The notes under the pieces: generated by a model
What the model was told of the DNA's origin: nothing
The model's input: only the letters and a program-made list of their open reading frames with translations
Databases searched by the model: none
Program-made: the position numbers and the translations under genes
DNA from: Actinomycetota bacterium
GTDB taxonomy: Bacteria; Actinomycetota; Acidimicrobiia; Acidimicrobiales; Ilumatobacteraceae
NCBI GenBank assembly: GCA_963169665.1
Contig: CAUJET010000134.1
Location: 7,804 to 71,803, forward strand
Reading direction: 5' to 3'
DNA length: 64,000 bases
Shown here: positions 53,892 through 62,578 of the stretch, piece by piece
How positions within the stretch are numbered: the stretch's first letter is position 1
Layout of the letters: each line of letters opens with the position of its first letter

Positions 53892-54887
53892 TCAGTCGGC
53901 CGTGGGACCGGCGCTGTCGGTGCCGGCACCGATCGCGGCACGGAGCTCGGCGACGACGCCGCGCTCGACCATCTCCTGGGCGACCTTGATGCCGTTCAGC
54001 ATCGCGGTGGCGTTCGACGAGCCGTGGCTGATGACGCACACGCCGTCGACACCGAGCAGCACCGCGCCGCCGTAGGTGTCGGGGCTCATCTGCTCGACCA
54101 GCGGGAGCAGCGCGGGGAGCAGCGCCTGGAAGTGCGGTTCGTAGGCGGGGTCGGAGGTGAACGCTTCGAGGATCGCCTTCATCACGACCTTCACGCCACC
54201 CTCGAGGGTCTTCAGCACCACGTTGCCGGTGAAGCCGTCCGTGACGATCACGTCGGCCGTCTTGAGCAGCATGTCGCGGCCTTCGACGTTGCCGACGAAG
54301 TCGATGTTGGGGGCGACCGCGAGGAGTTCGTAGGCCTCCTTGCGCAAGGTGTCGCCCTTGCCCGGCTCCTCGCCGATGGAGAGCAGGCCGACCTTCGGCC
54401 GCTCGACACCGAAACGGTGGCGTGCGTACACCGAGCCCATCTGGGCGAACTGGACGAGCCACTCGGCCTGCACCTCGGCGTTGGCGCCGGCGTCGAGCAG
54501 GATGTTCGGCGCGTGGCCGGGAATGGGCAGCGGCGTCGCGATCGCCGGGCGACTGACGCCCTTGATGCGGCCCATGCGCAACAGTGCGGACGCCATCGTG
54601 GCGCCGGTGTTGCCGGCGGAGATCATCGCGCTCGCCCGGCCGTCACGGACGGCCTCGGCAGCGCGGACCAGGGTGGAATCCTTCTTGCGACGAACGCCCT
54701 GGGCAGGGTCGTCGTCCATCTCGATCACCTCGGACGCCTCGATCAGCGGCAGCTCACCGATGCCATCGAGGCCCGACGGGCCGACGAGGACGATGGGGAT
54801 GCCCTGCGCGGCCGCCTGATGTGCCGCAGCGAGGATCTCGCCAGGTGCGCGGTCGCCCCCCATCGCATCGACGGCGATCGGGAGCAT
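53892..54887 (-). CDS. plsX: Phosphate acyltransferase PlsX
   Basis: 331 aa. IAVDAMGGD..., SAGNTGA and DGFTGNVVLK motifs. Confidence 0.95.
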   Translation of the reverse strand: MLPIAVDAMGGDRAPGEILAAAHQAAAQGIPIVLVGPSGLDGIGELPLIEASEVIEMDDDPAQGVRRKKDSTLVRAAEAVRDGRASAMISAGNTGATMASALLRMGRIKGVSRPAIATPLPIPGHAPNILLDAGANAEVQAEWLVQFAQMGSVYARHRFGVERPKVGLLSIGEEPGKGDTLRKEAYELLAVAPNIDFVGNVEGRDMLLKTADVIVTDGFTGNVVLKTLEGGVKVVMKAILEAFTSDPAYEPHFQALLPALLPLVEQMSPDTYGGAVLLGVDGVCVISHGSSNATAMLNGIKVAQEMVERGVVAELRAAIGAGTDSAGPTAD

Positions 54888-54933
54888 GGTGCGGTGAAGG
54901 CGGAGGTGGGAACCGACGGGGCGTCAGCCGACG

Positions 54934-55113
54934 TCAGCCGACGTCGACGGCGACGCGGTCCTTGTACCAGCCGCAGGACGGGCAGACCGTGTGCGGGAGC
55001 TTGGCTGCAGCGCAGCGGGGGCACACGCTGCGAGCGGGTGCACCGAGCTTCCACGCGCCAGCCCGATGGCTGCGCGTCTTCATCTTGGACTTCTTCTTCT
55101 TGGGAACAGCCAC
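54934..55113 (-). CDS. rpmF: 50S ribosomal protein L32
   Basis: In-frame GTG at 55113. (M)AVPKKKKSKMKTRSHRA...CPRCAAAKLPHTVCPSCGWY. Confidence 0.9.
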   Translation of the reverse strand: MAVPKKKKSKMKTRSHRAGAWKLGAPARSVCPRCAAAKLPHTVCPSCGWYKDRVAVDVG

Positions 55114-55194
55114 CGTGGATCTCCCTGGCGCGATTGGACTGCATGAGGTTAGCGGCGACTGGCACCCTTTCCCCACCTCCCCGATCGACGAGCG

Positions 55195-57030
55195 TCAACC
55201 GGCGGCGTCGGCCCAGGATCGCAGCGGGCGGAGGAGCTGCCGCTTCTTGGACTGGTGTTCGGCCATCCGTCGCAGGATGTCGTCCAGCGTGGCGATGGCC
55301 TGCACGATGTGCCTGCCCTTGTTGAGCATGACGCACTCCGCTCGTTCCGACATGGCGGCATCCGTGATCTCCGATCGCGACGGCCGGCCCGTCTTCGCGA
55401 GCCGGTCGAGCACCTCGGTCGCCCAGATCACGGGAAGATGAGCGGCCTCGCACAGCCAGAGGATCTCCTCCTGGAGTTCGGCGAGCCGTTCGTAACCGGC
55501 TTCGACGGCGAGATCGCCACGAGCGATCATCACACCCACCGATCGCGTCGCCATCGCGGCGCGGAGCAGCTCTGGAAGTGCACGGAACGCCTGCACGGTC
55601 TCGATCTTCAACACGAGACCGAGGTGCCCAGCGCCTCGGGCCGCGAGCTCCTCCTGCAGCATCCGGACGTCGTGAGGTGTCCGCACGAACGACAAGGCGA
55701 CGATGTCCGCCAACGCCACGACCTGGTCGAGCGATCGCAGGTCGTCGGCCGACAGCGCCGGCACGGGGACGTCGGTGTCGGGCAGGTTGATCCCCTTCTC
55801 GGCGCGGACCTTGCCGCCACCAGGTGGCCCTCCGGTGACCCGAATCCGGGCGTGCGGTCGGCCGTCGGCGCCGATGCCGACCGACTCCACCCGGCCACCG
55901 AAGGCACCGTCGTCGACGTAGACCCGATGCCCCACCTGGAGCGCTCCGATGGCTTCGGGAAGCGTGCACCCGATGGTCACGACGTCGGCGGCCGGATCGT
56001 CGCCGGTGTCCAGTGGTTCGCCGGCGACCAGGTCGACGAGCCGTCCGACGTCGAGTTCGACATGGCCGGCCGCGGGCCGGAGCGGCCCGACGACGCCGTT
56101 GGTCCCCGTACGCAGGTTGCGCAGCTCGGTCCCCTCCACCAGATAGACGGTGCCGTGCGTGGAGACCTCCACCTGTGCCCCGACGAATCCGACGCGCATC
56201 GAACGTCGCTTGCCGCGCGCGTCGACGAGGTGGAGGACGTCGTCGGGAACCAGGTCGTCGAGCACATCGCCCTCGACGCAGACCGATGTCGGTCCGTCGT
56301 CGTCCGTCGGGCGATCGGCGGCAGAGCACAGGCGGGCGGTCGCCGGCGCGACCACCTTGCCGAACGCGTCCCGCTCGGGCTTCAAGCGGATGACGGCCGG
56401 ACCAGGCGCCATCGACGAGGTCCGTAGCTTGGGACCGGCGAGGTCCATCATCACCCGGACGTCACGACCGCGAGCCAGCGCCGCGGCCCGGACGCTCGCT
56501 GCCATCCTGCTCCACGCCTCGGCATCGTCGTGTGCACAGTTGATCCGGGCGATGTCCATCCCGGCGTCGACCAACTCGTCGGCCACTCGCGGATCGTCTG
56601 CGGCGTCCGACGGCATCGTCACCATGATCCGAGTCGGACGTCCGGGCGTGGCCGCGCCGAGCAGTTCGTCCGCCTTGCGTTCCAGCAGGCCCTGGCCTTC
56701 ACCGAATCCCGGCGCGCGGCACCCGTGCTCGTCAGGTGCGGGCGGGACGCCTCCGGCGAGCGCCGCGAGCGCACGGCGGACCGCGTCCAGGGTCGCGATC
56801 ACGTGGGCCTCACAGCGGCCGAGCGACGACAGACCGAGCTCGGCCAACTCGTCCTGCAGACCCCGGAGGTCCTCGGAACGCAGCGCCACGAAATGCGCGA
56901 GGTTCGCCGCGCTCGCCTCGTGAGCGGCGTGCAGTGTGCCAGCACCCGGGCCGCGTTCGATGTCGGCGGCCACCACCATCGAGCGAAGCGTTTCGACGGT
57001 GGCTCGTACGCAACTCGGATCTGCGACCAT
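55195..57030 (-). CDS. Atypical pyruvate-kinase-family protein (long N-terminal extension, enlarged B domain, no C-terminal regulatory domain)
   Basis: 611 aa. PK barrel motifs are retained: RIMVTMP, MDIARINCAHD, VMMDLAGPKLRT, GINLPDT, LKIETVQAF, MIARGDLAVE, TEVLDRL...PSRSEITDAA. Confidence 0.8.
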   Translation of the reverse strand: MVADPSCVRATVETLRSMVVAADIERGPGAGTLHAAHEASAANLAHFVALRSEDLRGLQDELAELGLSSLGRCEAHVIATLDAVRRALAALAGGVPPAPDEHGCRAPGFGEGQGLLERKADELLGAATPGRPTRIMVTMPSDAADDPRVADELVDAGMDIARINCAHDDAEAWSRMAASVRAAALARGRDVRVMMDLAGPKLRTSSMAPGPAVIRLKPERDAFGKVVAPATARLCSAADRPTDDDGPTSVCVEGDVLDDLVPDDVLHLVDARGKRRSMRVGFVGAQVEVSTHGTVYLVEGTELRNLRTGTNGVVGPLRPAAGHVELDVGRLVDLVAGEPLDTGDDPAADVVTIGCTLPEAIGALQVGHRVYVDDGAFGGRVESVGIGADGRPHARIRVTGGPPGGGKVRAEKGINLPDTDVPVPALSADDLRSLDQVVALADIVALSFVRTPHDVRMLQEELAARGAGHLGLVLKIETVQAFRALPELLRAAMATRSVGVMIARGDLAVEAGYERLAELQEEILWLCEAAHLPVIWATEVLDRLAKTGRPSRSEITDAAMSERAECVMLNKGRHIVQAIATLDDILRRMAEHQSKKRQLLRPLRSWADAAG

Positions 57031-57155
57031 CGGCCGGGACCGTACCGGTGCGCCCGCTCGGCCACCTGTCCACGAGGTGATCGCTCAGCGACGCGCCGAT
57101 GACGTCACGGTGAACCGCGTCGGCGGGCATCGGCGGGCGGGCCGGCGAGGCCCGG

Positions 57156-57668
57156 TCAGTCGTCGAGGACGCCCTTGAGCTGGTCGAGCGCACCCCAACG
57201 GGGGTCGACCACGGTGTTGTTGCACGAGCAGGTGCCGGTGTTGCGGTCGATGCCGCAGTCGGGGCACAGCCCGGCGCAGTCGTCGCGACACAGCGGCGAC
57301 GACGGCGCATCGAGCACCAGCACCTCGCGCACCATCGGCTCGAGGTCGAGCTGTTCACCCTCGAGCGGGAACGCCTCGGGATCGGTGACGGTCTCCTGAT
57401 AGAGCTCGTGCACCTCGCTGCGCAGCGTTCCGGTGGCCGCCGTGGCGCAGCGACGGCAGATGCCGTACCACGGGGCCGTCACCTCACCGTTCACGACGAT
57501 CCCGTCGGTGAGCGACTCGAGGCGCAGGTGCACCTCGACCGTGTCGGACTCGCGGAACCGCTCGTCGTGCAGGCCGATCTCGGCCACCGTGGGCTGGAGG
57601 TCGATCGTCTTCTCGGAACCAGGCCGGCGGAGCAGCTCGGCGGCGTTGACACGCAGGGGGTATGCCAT
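57156..57668 (-). CDS. YceD/DUF177 family protein
   Basis: 170 aa. V.LRLESLTDGIVVNGEVTAPWYGICRRC...LCRDDCAGLCPDCG. Confidence 0.9.
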   Translation of the reverse strand: MAYPLRVNAAELLRRPGSEKTIDLQPTVAEIGLHDERFRESDTVEVHLRLESLTDGIVVNGEVTAPWYGICRRCATAATGTLRSEVHELYQETVTDPEAFPLEGEQLDLEPMVREVLVLDAPSSPLCRDDCAGLCPDCGIDRNTGTCSCNNTVVDPRWGALDQLKGVLDD

Positions 57669-57748
57669 GGGCCTGCCAGGCTAGCGGTGCCCCTCGTGCG
57701 GCACGCCGGGCAGTCGCCGACGCACTCCGGCGGACGGCCGAGCGGGTC

Positions 57749-58354
57749 TCAGCGGTCCTGGTCGAAGAAGCCGGTCGGGTCCTCGTCCTCGTCCGGTACT
57801 GCCTCGTCGCGCTGGGCGCCGATGGCGAGCCGCGACCGGCCCGCGTGCACCGTCTTGTTGAGCTTGTCGAGCAGGATCTCGAAGCTGGCGAGGCGCTGGT
57901 CGAGGAAGTCCTCGGTCTCGTGGCGCAACCGGCGGGCATCGCTCTCGGCGGCCTCGTTGAGCTGACGGGCACGGGCCTCGGCGGCACGCACCACCTCGGT
58001 GCGCTGCACCATCCGCTCGGCCTGCACGCGGGCCGCCTCGAGCAGCTCGTCGGCCTCGCGCCGCGTCTTGTCGACGAAGGACTGGCGCTCCTTGATCATC
58101 CAACGCGCCTGACGCAGCTCCTCGGGCATGCGGTGGAGCGCTTCCTCGAGCAGCTCGATGATCTCGTCGCGGTCGATGCGCGGCGACGACGACAGCGGCA
58201 TCGTGGGCGCCGTCGCGATGACGTCGATCGCCCGCCGCAACAGCTGCTCGGCATCGCCGACGTAGCCGTTGGTGGTCTTGACGTACGCGTCGGAGTCGTC
58301 GAAGTCGTTCTCGAGCTCGTCGTCGAGCTCGTCGTAGTCGTCGTCGTAGGTCAT
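57749..58354 (-). CDS. Coiled-coil protein, SepIVA/DivIVA-family-like (syntenic with M. tuberculosis Rv2927c next to DUF177)
   Basis: 201 aa. Hyper-acidic N-terminus (MTYDDDYDELDDELENDFDDSD), then PMPLSSSPRIDRDEIIELLEE...MPEELRQA, coiled coil, and ...EDFLDQRLASFEILLDKL..GRSRL. This parallels my recollection of the SepIVA sequence pattern. Confidence 0.6.
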   Translation of the reverse strand: MTYDDDYDELDDELENDFDDSDAYVKTTNGYVGDAEQLLRRAIDVIATAPTMPLSSSPRIDRDEIIELLEEALHRMPEELRQARWMIKERQSFVDKTRREADELLEAARVQAERMVQRTEVVRAAEARARQLNEAAESDARRLRHETEDFLDQRLASFEILLDKLNKTVHAGRSRLAIGAQRDEAVPDEDEDPTGFFDQDR

Positions 58355-58360
58355 GGGGAT

Positions 58361-58440
58361 CCGGTCAGTCGAGATCAGTCGATCAGTCGAACTCAGTCAA
58401 AATCAGTCAAAATCAATCAAGATCAGTCAAGATCAGTCGA
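58361..58440. repeat. Eight helically phased TCAGTC (GACTGA) repeats filling the coaD/sepIVA-like intergenic region
   Basis: TCAGTC at 58365, 58375, 58383, 58393, 58403, 58413 (TCAATC), 58423 and 58433. Spacing is 10,8,10,10,10,10,10. About 44% GC against a ~70% background. Confidence 0.9.
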
Positions 58441-58924
58441 AAGTCGCACGCTGGAGTCGGGACAGCACGGCGGGCGGCACCATCGCACTCACGTCACCAC
58501 CGTACTTCGCGATCTCCCTGATGAAACGGCTGCTGATGAACACCAGCGCCGGCTTGCACGGGAAGTAGACGGTGCGGACGCCGGCCGCGACATAGTTCGT
58601 CTGGGCCATCTGCTGTTCGACCTCGAAGTCGCCGCCGGTCCGCAGGCCCTTCACGATAAAATCGGTGCCGAGCTCTCGAGCTGCGTCGACCGCAAGGCCG
58701 GGGAACGCCGCCACACGCACGTCACGGCCGGCGCTCCGCAACGGCGCGACGGCCTCGTCGATCATCGCGAGCCGCTCGTCGAGGGTGAACAGGCCGCTCG
58801 GCTTCGACGGGTTGTGCATCGCAGCGACGACGACGGACCCGAAGAGCTCCAGCGCCTGCTCGACGACGTCGAGATGGCCGAGGTGGATGGGGTCGAAACT
58901 CCCTGGGTACAGCACGGTCGACAT
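58433..58924 (-). CDS. coaD: Pantetheine-phosphate adenylyltransferase
   Basis: 163 aa. LYPGSFDPIHLGHLDVV (HxGH) and ISSRFIRE. Confidence 0.95.
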   Translation of the reverse strand: MSTVLYPGSFDPIHLGHLDVVEQALELFGSVVVAAMHNPSKPSGLFTLDERLAMIDEAVAPLRSAGRDVRVAAFPGLAVDAARELGTDFIVKGLRTGGDFEVEQQMAQTNYVAAGVRTVYFPCKPALVFISSRFIREIAKYGGDVSAMVPPAVLSRLQRATFD

Positions 58925-58998
58925 GCGGCGCGAACGTTACCCGGTACGACCGCACCGATGGCGGTCCCCCCGCCGCCGCATCGTCGAGTGTCGCGGCG

Positions 58999-59517
58999 TC
59001 AGCCGACTCGGGCGAGCACGGTGACCGTGGTGCGCCCGTATTGCTTGCCGCGCACCGTCTCCCAGCCATCCGGTGGGGCGACGGCCCGCGCCGCCTCGCA
59101 CACGACGTAGTCGACCTGCATCCACTGCAGCAGTTGCGGCCACGCGTCGAAGGTGTAGGGCGGATCGACGAGGGCGAGGTCGACCCCGCGCATGGCGGGG
59201 ATCCAGGCCATGACGTCGGAGGTGACGACCGTGGTGCGCGATTCCAGATCGAGGGCGGTCAGATTGGTGCGCAGCGCCTGCAGCGCCGCGCGGTCCCGCT
59301 CGACGAACACGCACCGGGCCGCACCACGCGACAGCGCCTCGATCCCCATCGCTCCGGAACCGGCGAACAGATCGGCGACCACGGCGTCCTCGAGCAACCC
59401 CATCGAATCGAGCGAGTTGAACACCGCCTGACGCACCTTGTCGGTGGTGGGCCGGGTGGTGTTCCCGTCCGGGGCCACCAGCTTGCGCCCACCAAGTTCT
59501 CCCGCAACGACTCGCAC
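58999..59517 (-). CDS. rsmD: 16S rRNA (guanine966-N2)-methyltransferase RsmD
   Basis: 172 aa. MRVVAGELGGRKL......TRPTTDKVRQAVFNSL...DLFAGSGAMGIEALSRGA...VDPPY. Confidence 0.93.
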   Translation of the reverse strand: MRVVAGELGGRKLVAPDGNTTRPTTDKVRQAVFNSLDSMGLLEDAVVADLFAGSGAMGIEALSRGAARCVFVERDRAALQALRTNLTALDLESRTTVVTSDVMAWIPAMRGVDLALVDPPYTFDAWPQLLQWMQVDYVVCEAARAVAPPDGWETVRGKQYGRTTVTVLARVG

Positions 59518-59605
59518 ACGGGCAGGTTATCGAGGCCGTCCGCCCCGTGACCCCTGGTCGCGGCCGAGGCGCACCGGGCGCGTCGGGTGGCGGCACACTG
59601 GTGTC

Positions 59606-59776
59606 GTGCTCGAACCCGAACCCCAGATCGTCTGCGTGGACTGTGGCGGACGCTGCTTCCTGCTCACCCATCCCCCCGAGGACGGGCGCTGGGAGCCGGG
59701 CGACATCGTCGCCTACCGCTGCGAGGACTGCCGCGACCGCTGGGACCTGGTCCTGCCCGACGCCGACGACGACTGA
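59606..59776 (+). CDS. Possible 56-aa zinc-ribbon protein
   Basis: In-frame GTG at 59606. VLEPEPQIVCVDCGGRCFLL...YRCEDCRDRWDLVLPDADDD has CxxC...CxxC. It is the tail of a 112-aa track ORF, and high-GC noise cannot be excluded. Confidence 0.4.
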   Translation: MLEPEPQIVCVDCGGRCFLLTHPPEDGRWEPGDIVAYRCEDCRDRWDLVLPDADDD

Positions 59777-59832
59777 CCGCCGAATCCGAAGACCCCCTCA
59801 AGTAGGGGGGGTCGGGTGCCGATCGCACTCCC

Positions 59833-62028
59833 GTGACGATCGACCACCTCGACGCGCCCGACGCGCCGGACGCGCCTGCTCCCGCACCTGCGGGCCACGC
59901 GGGTCCGTCAGCTGCGTCGGATCGATCGGGCCGATGGAGACGGCGGGAACGTGTCGTCCGCCGATGGGTCGATCCGGAGGAGCCCGAGCTCGTCATGGAG
60001 CTCATCGACCAGGCCAACCGGTTCAACATGCGCGCGAGCCTGGGGTCGCCACCGACGATCGCGCTCGTCCTGCTCACCTTGTGGGGGGTCGCCCCACGCA
60101 CGGGCCTGCTGCTGTGGAGTTCGTGTGCGCTCGCGACGGCCACCCTCCACGTGAGCCTGCACGCGTGGTACCGCCGCAGCAGCACGCGACATGCCCCTGA
60201 AGCGTGGCGACGCTGGTACACGATCGCGATGTTCGTGGGCGGCTCGCTCTGGGGTTCGCTCCCCGTCCTCGCCCTCCCGGGCGACGGCCACGCCGAGTAC
60301 CAGTCGCTCGTGGCGCTCTACGTGATCTCGTTCATGGCGGCGAACGCGATCTTCTCCAGCCCGCTGCGACGGCTGTTCCTCGCGTTCCAGCTCCCGCTGT
60401 CGCTGATCGCCGCGACGGGACTGCTGGCGAACGACACGACGTTCACCTCCATGCTCGCCGCCGTCGTGTTGTACGCACTGCCGTTCTCGATGGTGCTGTA
60501 CGACCAGGCGAACACCGCTGCGGTGGCGGCCGTTCGGCTCGCCCACCGCAACTCGAACCTGGTCGACGAGCTCCGGGCCGAGCGTCGCCGGATCGAGGAG
60601 GCCAACGACGAGCTACGGGAGATGAACGAACGGCTCGCGCACCAGGCGGCGCACGACGCGCTCACCGAACTCGCCAATCGACCGCTGTTCCGCGAGCAGC
60701 TCGAGGATGCGCTCACCGTCGCTCATAGGACGGCGTCGCTCGTCGGCGTTGCGTTCCTCGACCTCGACCGCTTCAAGCTCGTCAACGACTCGCTCGGGCA
60801 CCTCGTCGGCGACGACCTGCTCGTCGCGGTGGCCGAACGGATCCGTTCGTGCCTGCGCACCGACGACGTCCTCGGCCGACAGGGCGGCGACGAGTTCACC
60901 CTGCTCATGCCAGGCATCACCGATCCGCGCGACGTGGTGGCCGCGGCGGAACGCATCCGGCTCGCTCTGCGCGAGCCGATCACGGTGGGCGTGCGGGAGA
61001 TGGTCGTCACCGCGAGCATCGGCCTGGCCCTCAACACCCATCCGGCCGACACGGCCGACGACCTGCTGCGACACGCCGACGCCGCGATGTATCGAGCGAA
61101 GGGGCTCGGTCGCGATTGCGTGGAGATGTTCGACGAGTCCATGCGCGGCGACCTCGCCCGGCGGGTGGACGACGAGAGTGCACTGCGACGGGCGTTCGGC
61201 AACGGCGAGATCGTCTCGTGGTTCCAACCCGAGGTCGACCTCGTCACCGGTGAGATCGTGGGCGCCGAGAGCCTGGCCCGCTGGCTGCATCCGGAGCGTG
61301 GCGTGCTCACCGGTGGCCAGTTCGTCCCGCTCGTGGAGGACTGCGGGCTCCTGGCCGACCTGTCGATCGTGACCGCCGCGTCCGGCACGGCCGCGAGGGC
61401 CGCGCTGCGCGACGTGGTCGACGAGTCGTTCCGCATCCGACTCAACGTCTCGGCGTCGCAGATCATGGACCTCGCGCTCCTCAACAGCTTCCTCGAGCAC
61501 CTCGCCGAACACGACCTCGATCCGAGCGCGGTGTCGGTCGAGGTGACCGAGACCGCGCTGATCCACGACGTCGGCGCGGCGCGGACCTGGCTCGACACGG
61601 CCCGAGGCGTCGGGATGACCGTGGCGCTCGACGACTTCGGCACGGGCTACTCGTCGCTGGCGATGCTGTCGCAGCTCCCCCTCGACGGGGTGAAGATCGA
61701 CCTCGGGTTCGTCCGCGAACTGGCGACCAGCGCGGCAGCGCGCGCTGTCGTGGCCGCCACGGTCGAACTCGCCGCCGGTCTCGGACTGCAGGTCGTCGCC
61801 GAGGGCGTGGAGAACGAGGAGCAGGCGGAGGCCCTCCGGCGCGCCGGGGTGCGGCGCGCTCAGGGGTTCCACTACTCCCCTGCCGTGCCGATCGAGACGC
61901 TGCACCGTTGGTTGGCGGACGGACCACCGTGGCTGCGCACCGACCGGACGTCCCCGTTGGATGCGATCGATGTGCCACGGGTGTTCGACACCGGCATCCT
62001 CGCGCTCGATCCGGTGACGGCGGGGTGA
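59833..62028 (+). CDS. Membrane-anchored GGDEF-EAL protein (putative diguanylate cyclase/phosphodiesterase)
   Basis: 731 aa. About 6 N-terminal TM helices, a coiled linker, GGDEF with I-site (RTDDVLGRQGGDEF), and an EAL domain with ESLAR, DDFGTGYSSL, KIDLGFV, AEGVENEEQ and AQGFHYS. The true start may lie downstream of the GTG at 59833. Confidence 0.9.
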   Translation: MTIDHLDAPDAPDAPAPAPAGHAGPSAASDRSGRWRRRERVVRRWVDPEEPELVMELIDQANRFNMRASLGSPPTIALVLLTLWGVAPRTGLLLWSSCALATATLHVSLHAWYRRSSTRHAPEAWRRWYTIAMFVGGSLWGSLPVLALPGDGHAEYQSLVALYVISFMAANAIFSSPLRRLFLAFQLPLSLIAATGLLANDTTFTSMLAAVVLYALPFSMVLYDQANTAAVAAVRLAHRNSNLVDELRAERRRIEEANDELREMNERLAHQAAHDALTELANRPLFREQLEDALTVAHRTASLVGVAFLDLDRFKLVNDSLGHLVGDDLLVAVAERIRSCLRTDDVLGRQGGDEFTLLMPGITDPRDVVAAAERIRLALREPITVGVREMVVTASIGLALNTHPADTADDLLRHADAAMYRAKGLGRDCVEMFDESMRGDLARRVDDESALRRAFGNGEIVSWFQPEVDLVTGEIVGAESLARWLHPERGVLTGGQFVPLVEDCGLLADLSIVTAASGTAARAALRDVVDESFRIRLNVSASQIMDLALLNSFLEHLAEHDLDPSAVSVEVTETALIHDVGAARTWLDTARGVGMTVALDDFGTGYSSLAMLSQLPLDGVKIDLGFVRELATSAAARAVVAATVELAAGLGLQVVAEGVENEEQAEALRRAGVRRAQGFHYSPAVPIETLHRWLADGPPWLRTDRTSPLDAIDVPRVFDTGILALDPVTAG

Positions 62029-62032
62029 ATCG

Positions 62033-62428
62033 ATGACCCCGCCGCACGTCCCTCCGACCGGACCCGGTCGCCTCTTCGCGGCCGCAGGGCCGGTCACCGA
62101 ACGCCGCGCATCCGTGCGCGCGTCCGTGGAGCTACCGGCGCGTTGGCGACCCGTCGGCTCACCAGAACCGCCGTCGTTGGCGTTGCTGTTCGACCTCTCG
62201 TCGCGCGGCGCACGCCTCGCAGGATGGATCGCGTTCGAGCTCGACCTGGGCGACGAGATCGAGCTCACCGCGGATCCCGGTCTCTGGTGGCGCGCACGTG
62301 TCGTGCGCGTCCTCGGTGGCGGCGAGTACGGCGTGCACTTCCTCGACCTCGCCCCGGACGTGAAGCGACGGATCATCGACACCGTCGGCCTCGCCCGAGC
62401 GGGTCAGGTCCGCTGGGCCGCCGGCTGA
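62033..62428 (+). CDS. PilZ-domain protein (c-di-GMP receptor candidate)
   Basis: 131 aa starting 4 nt after the GGDEF-EAL stop. RRxxxR (ERRASVR) and DxSxxG (DLSSRGA) motifs at canonical spacing. Confidence 0.78.
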   Translation: MTPPHVPPTGPGRLFAAAGPVTERRASVRASVELPARWRPVGSPEPPSLALLFDLSSRGARLAGWIAFELDLGDEIELTADPGLWWRARVVRVLGGGEYGVHFLDLAPDVKRRIIDTVGLARAGQVRWAAG

Positions 62429-62441
62429 TCGCAGCGTCGCT

Positions 62442-62486
62442 CCGTGTGTCGGCGAGGTGACACACCGTGTGTCGGCATGCCGACAG
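62442..62486. promoter_or_regulatory. Cluster of direct and inverted repeats downstream of the PilZ gene
   Basis: CCGTGTGTCGGC at 62442-62453 and at 62465-62476. GACACAC-c-GTGTGTC inverted repeat. Perfect 16-bp palindrome TGTCGGCATGCCGACA (62470-62485). Confidence 0.45.
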
Positions 62487-62578
62487 ACCGGAAGCGCCGA
62501 TGACTGCACCATGTGTGCGTGATGCCACCGGGATCCTGTGTCGACCGACGAGCGACCCGCCGACGAGAGGAAACACGG

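Noticed and set aside
58361-58440. Possible CRISPR array (the same question applies to 26244-26292 and 1861-1910)
   Set aside because: The repeat units are only 10-13 bp and directly abut one another with no unique spacers. No cas genes are present in the window. These are microsatellite-like tandem repeats.
60900-61320. ESL instead of EAL in the phosphodiesterase motif as evidence that the EAL domain is inactive
   Set aside because: The other catalytic and metal-binding motifs (DDFGTGYSSL, KID, EGVE, QG) are intact, and variation at the middle residue of EAL is tolerated in active enzymes. Sequence alone does not support calling the domain dead.
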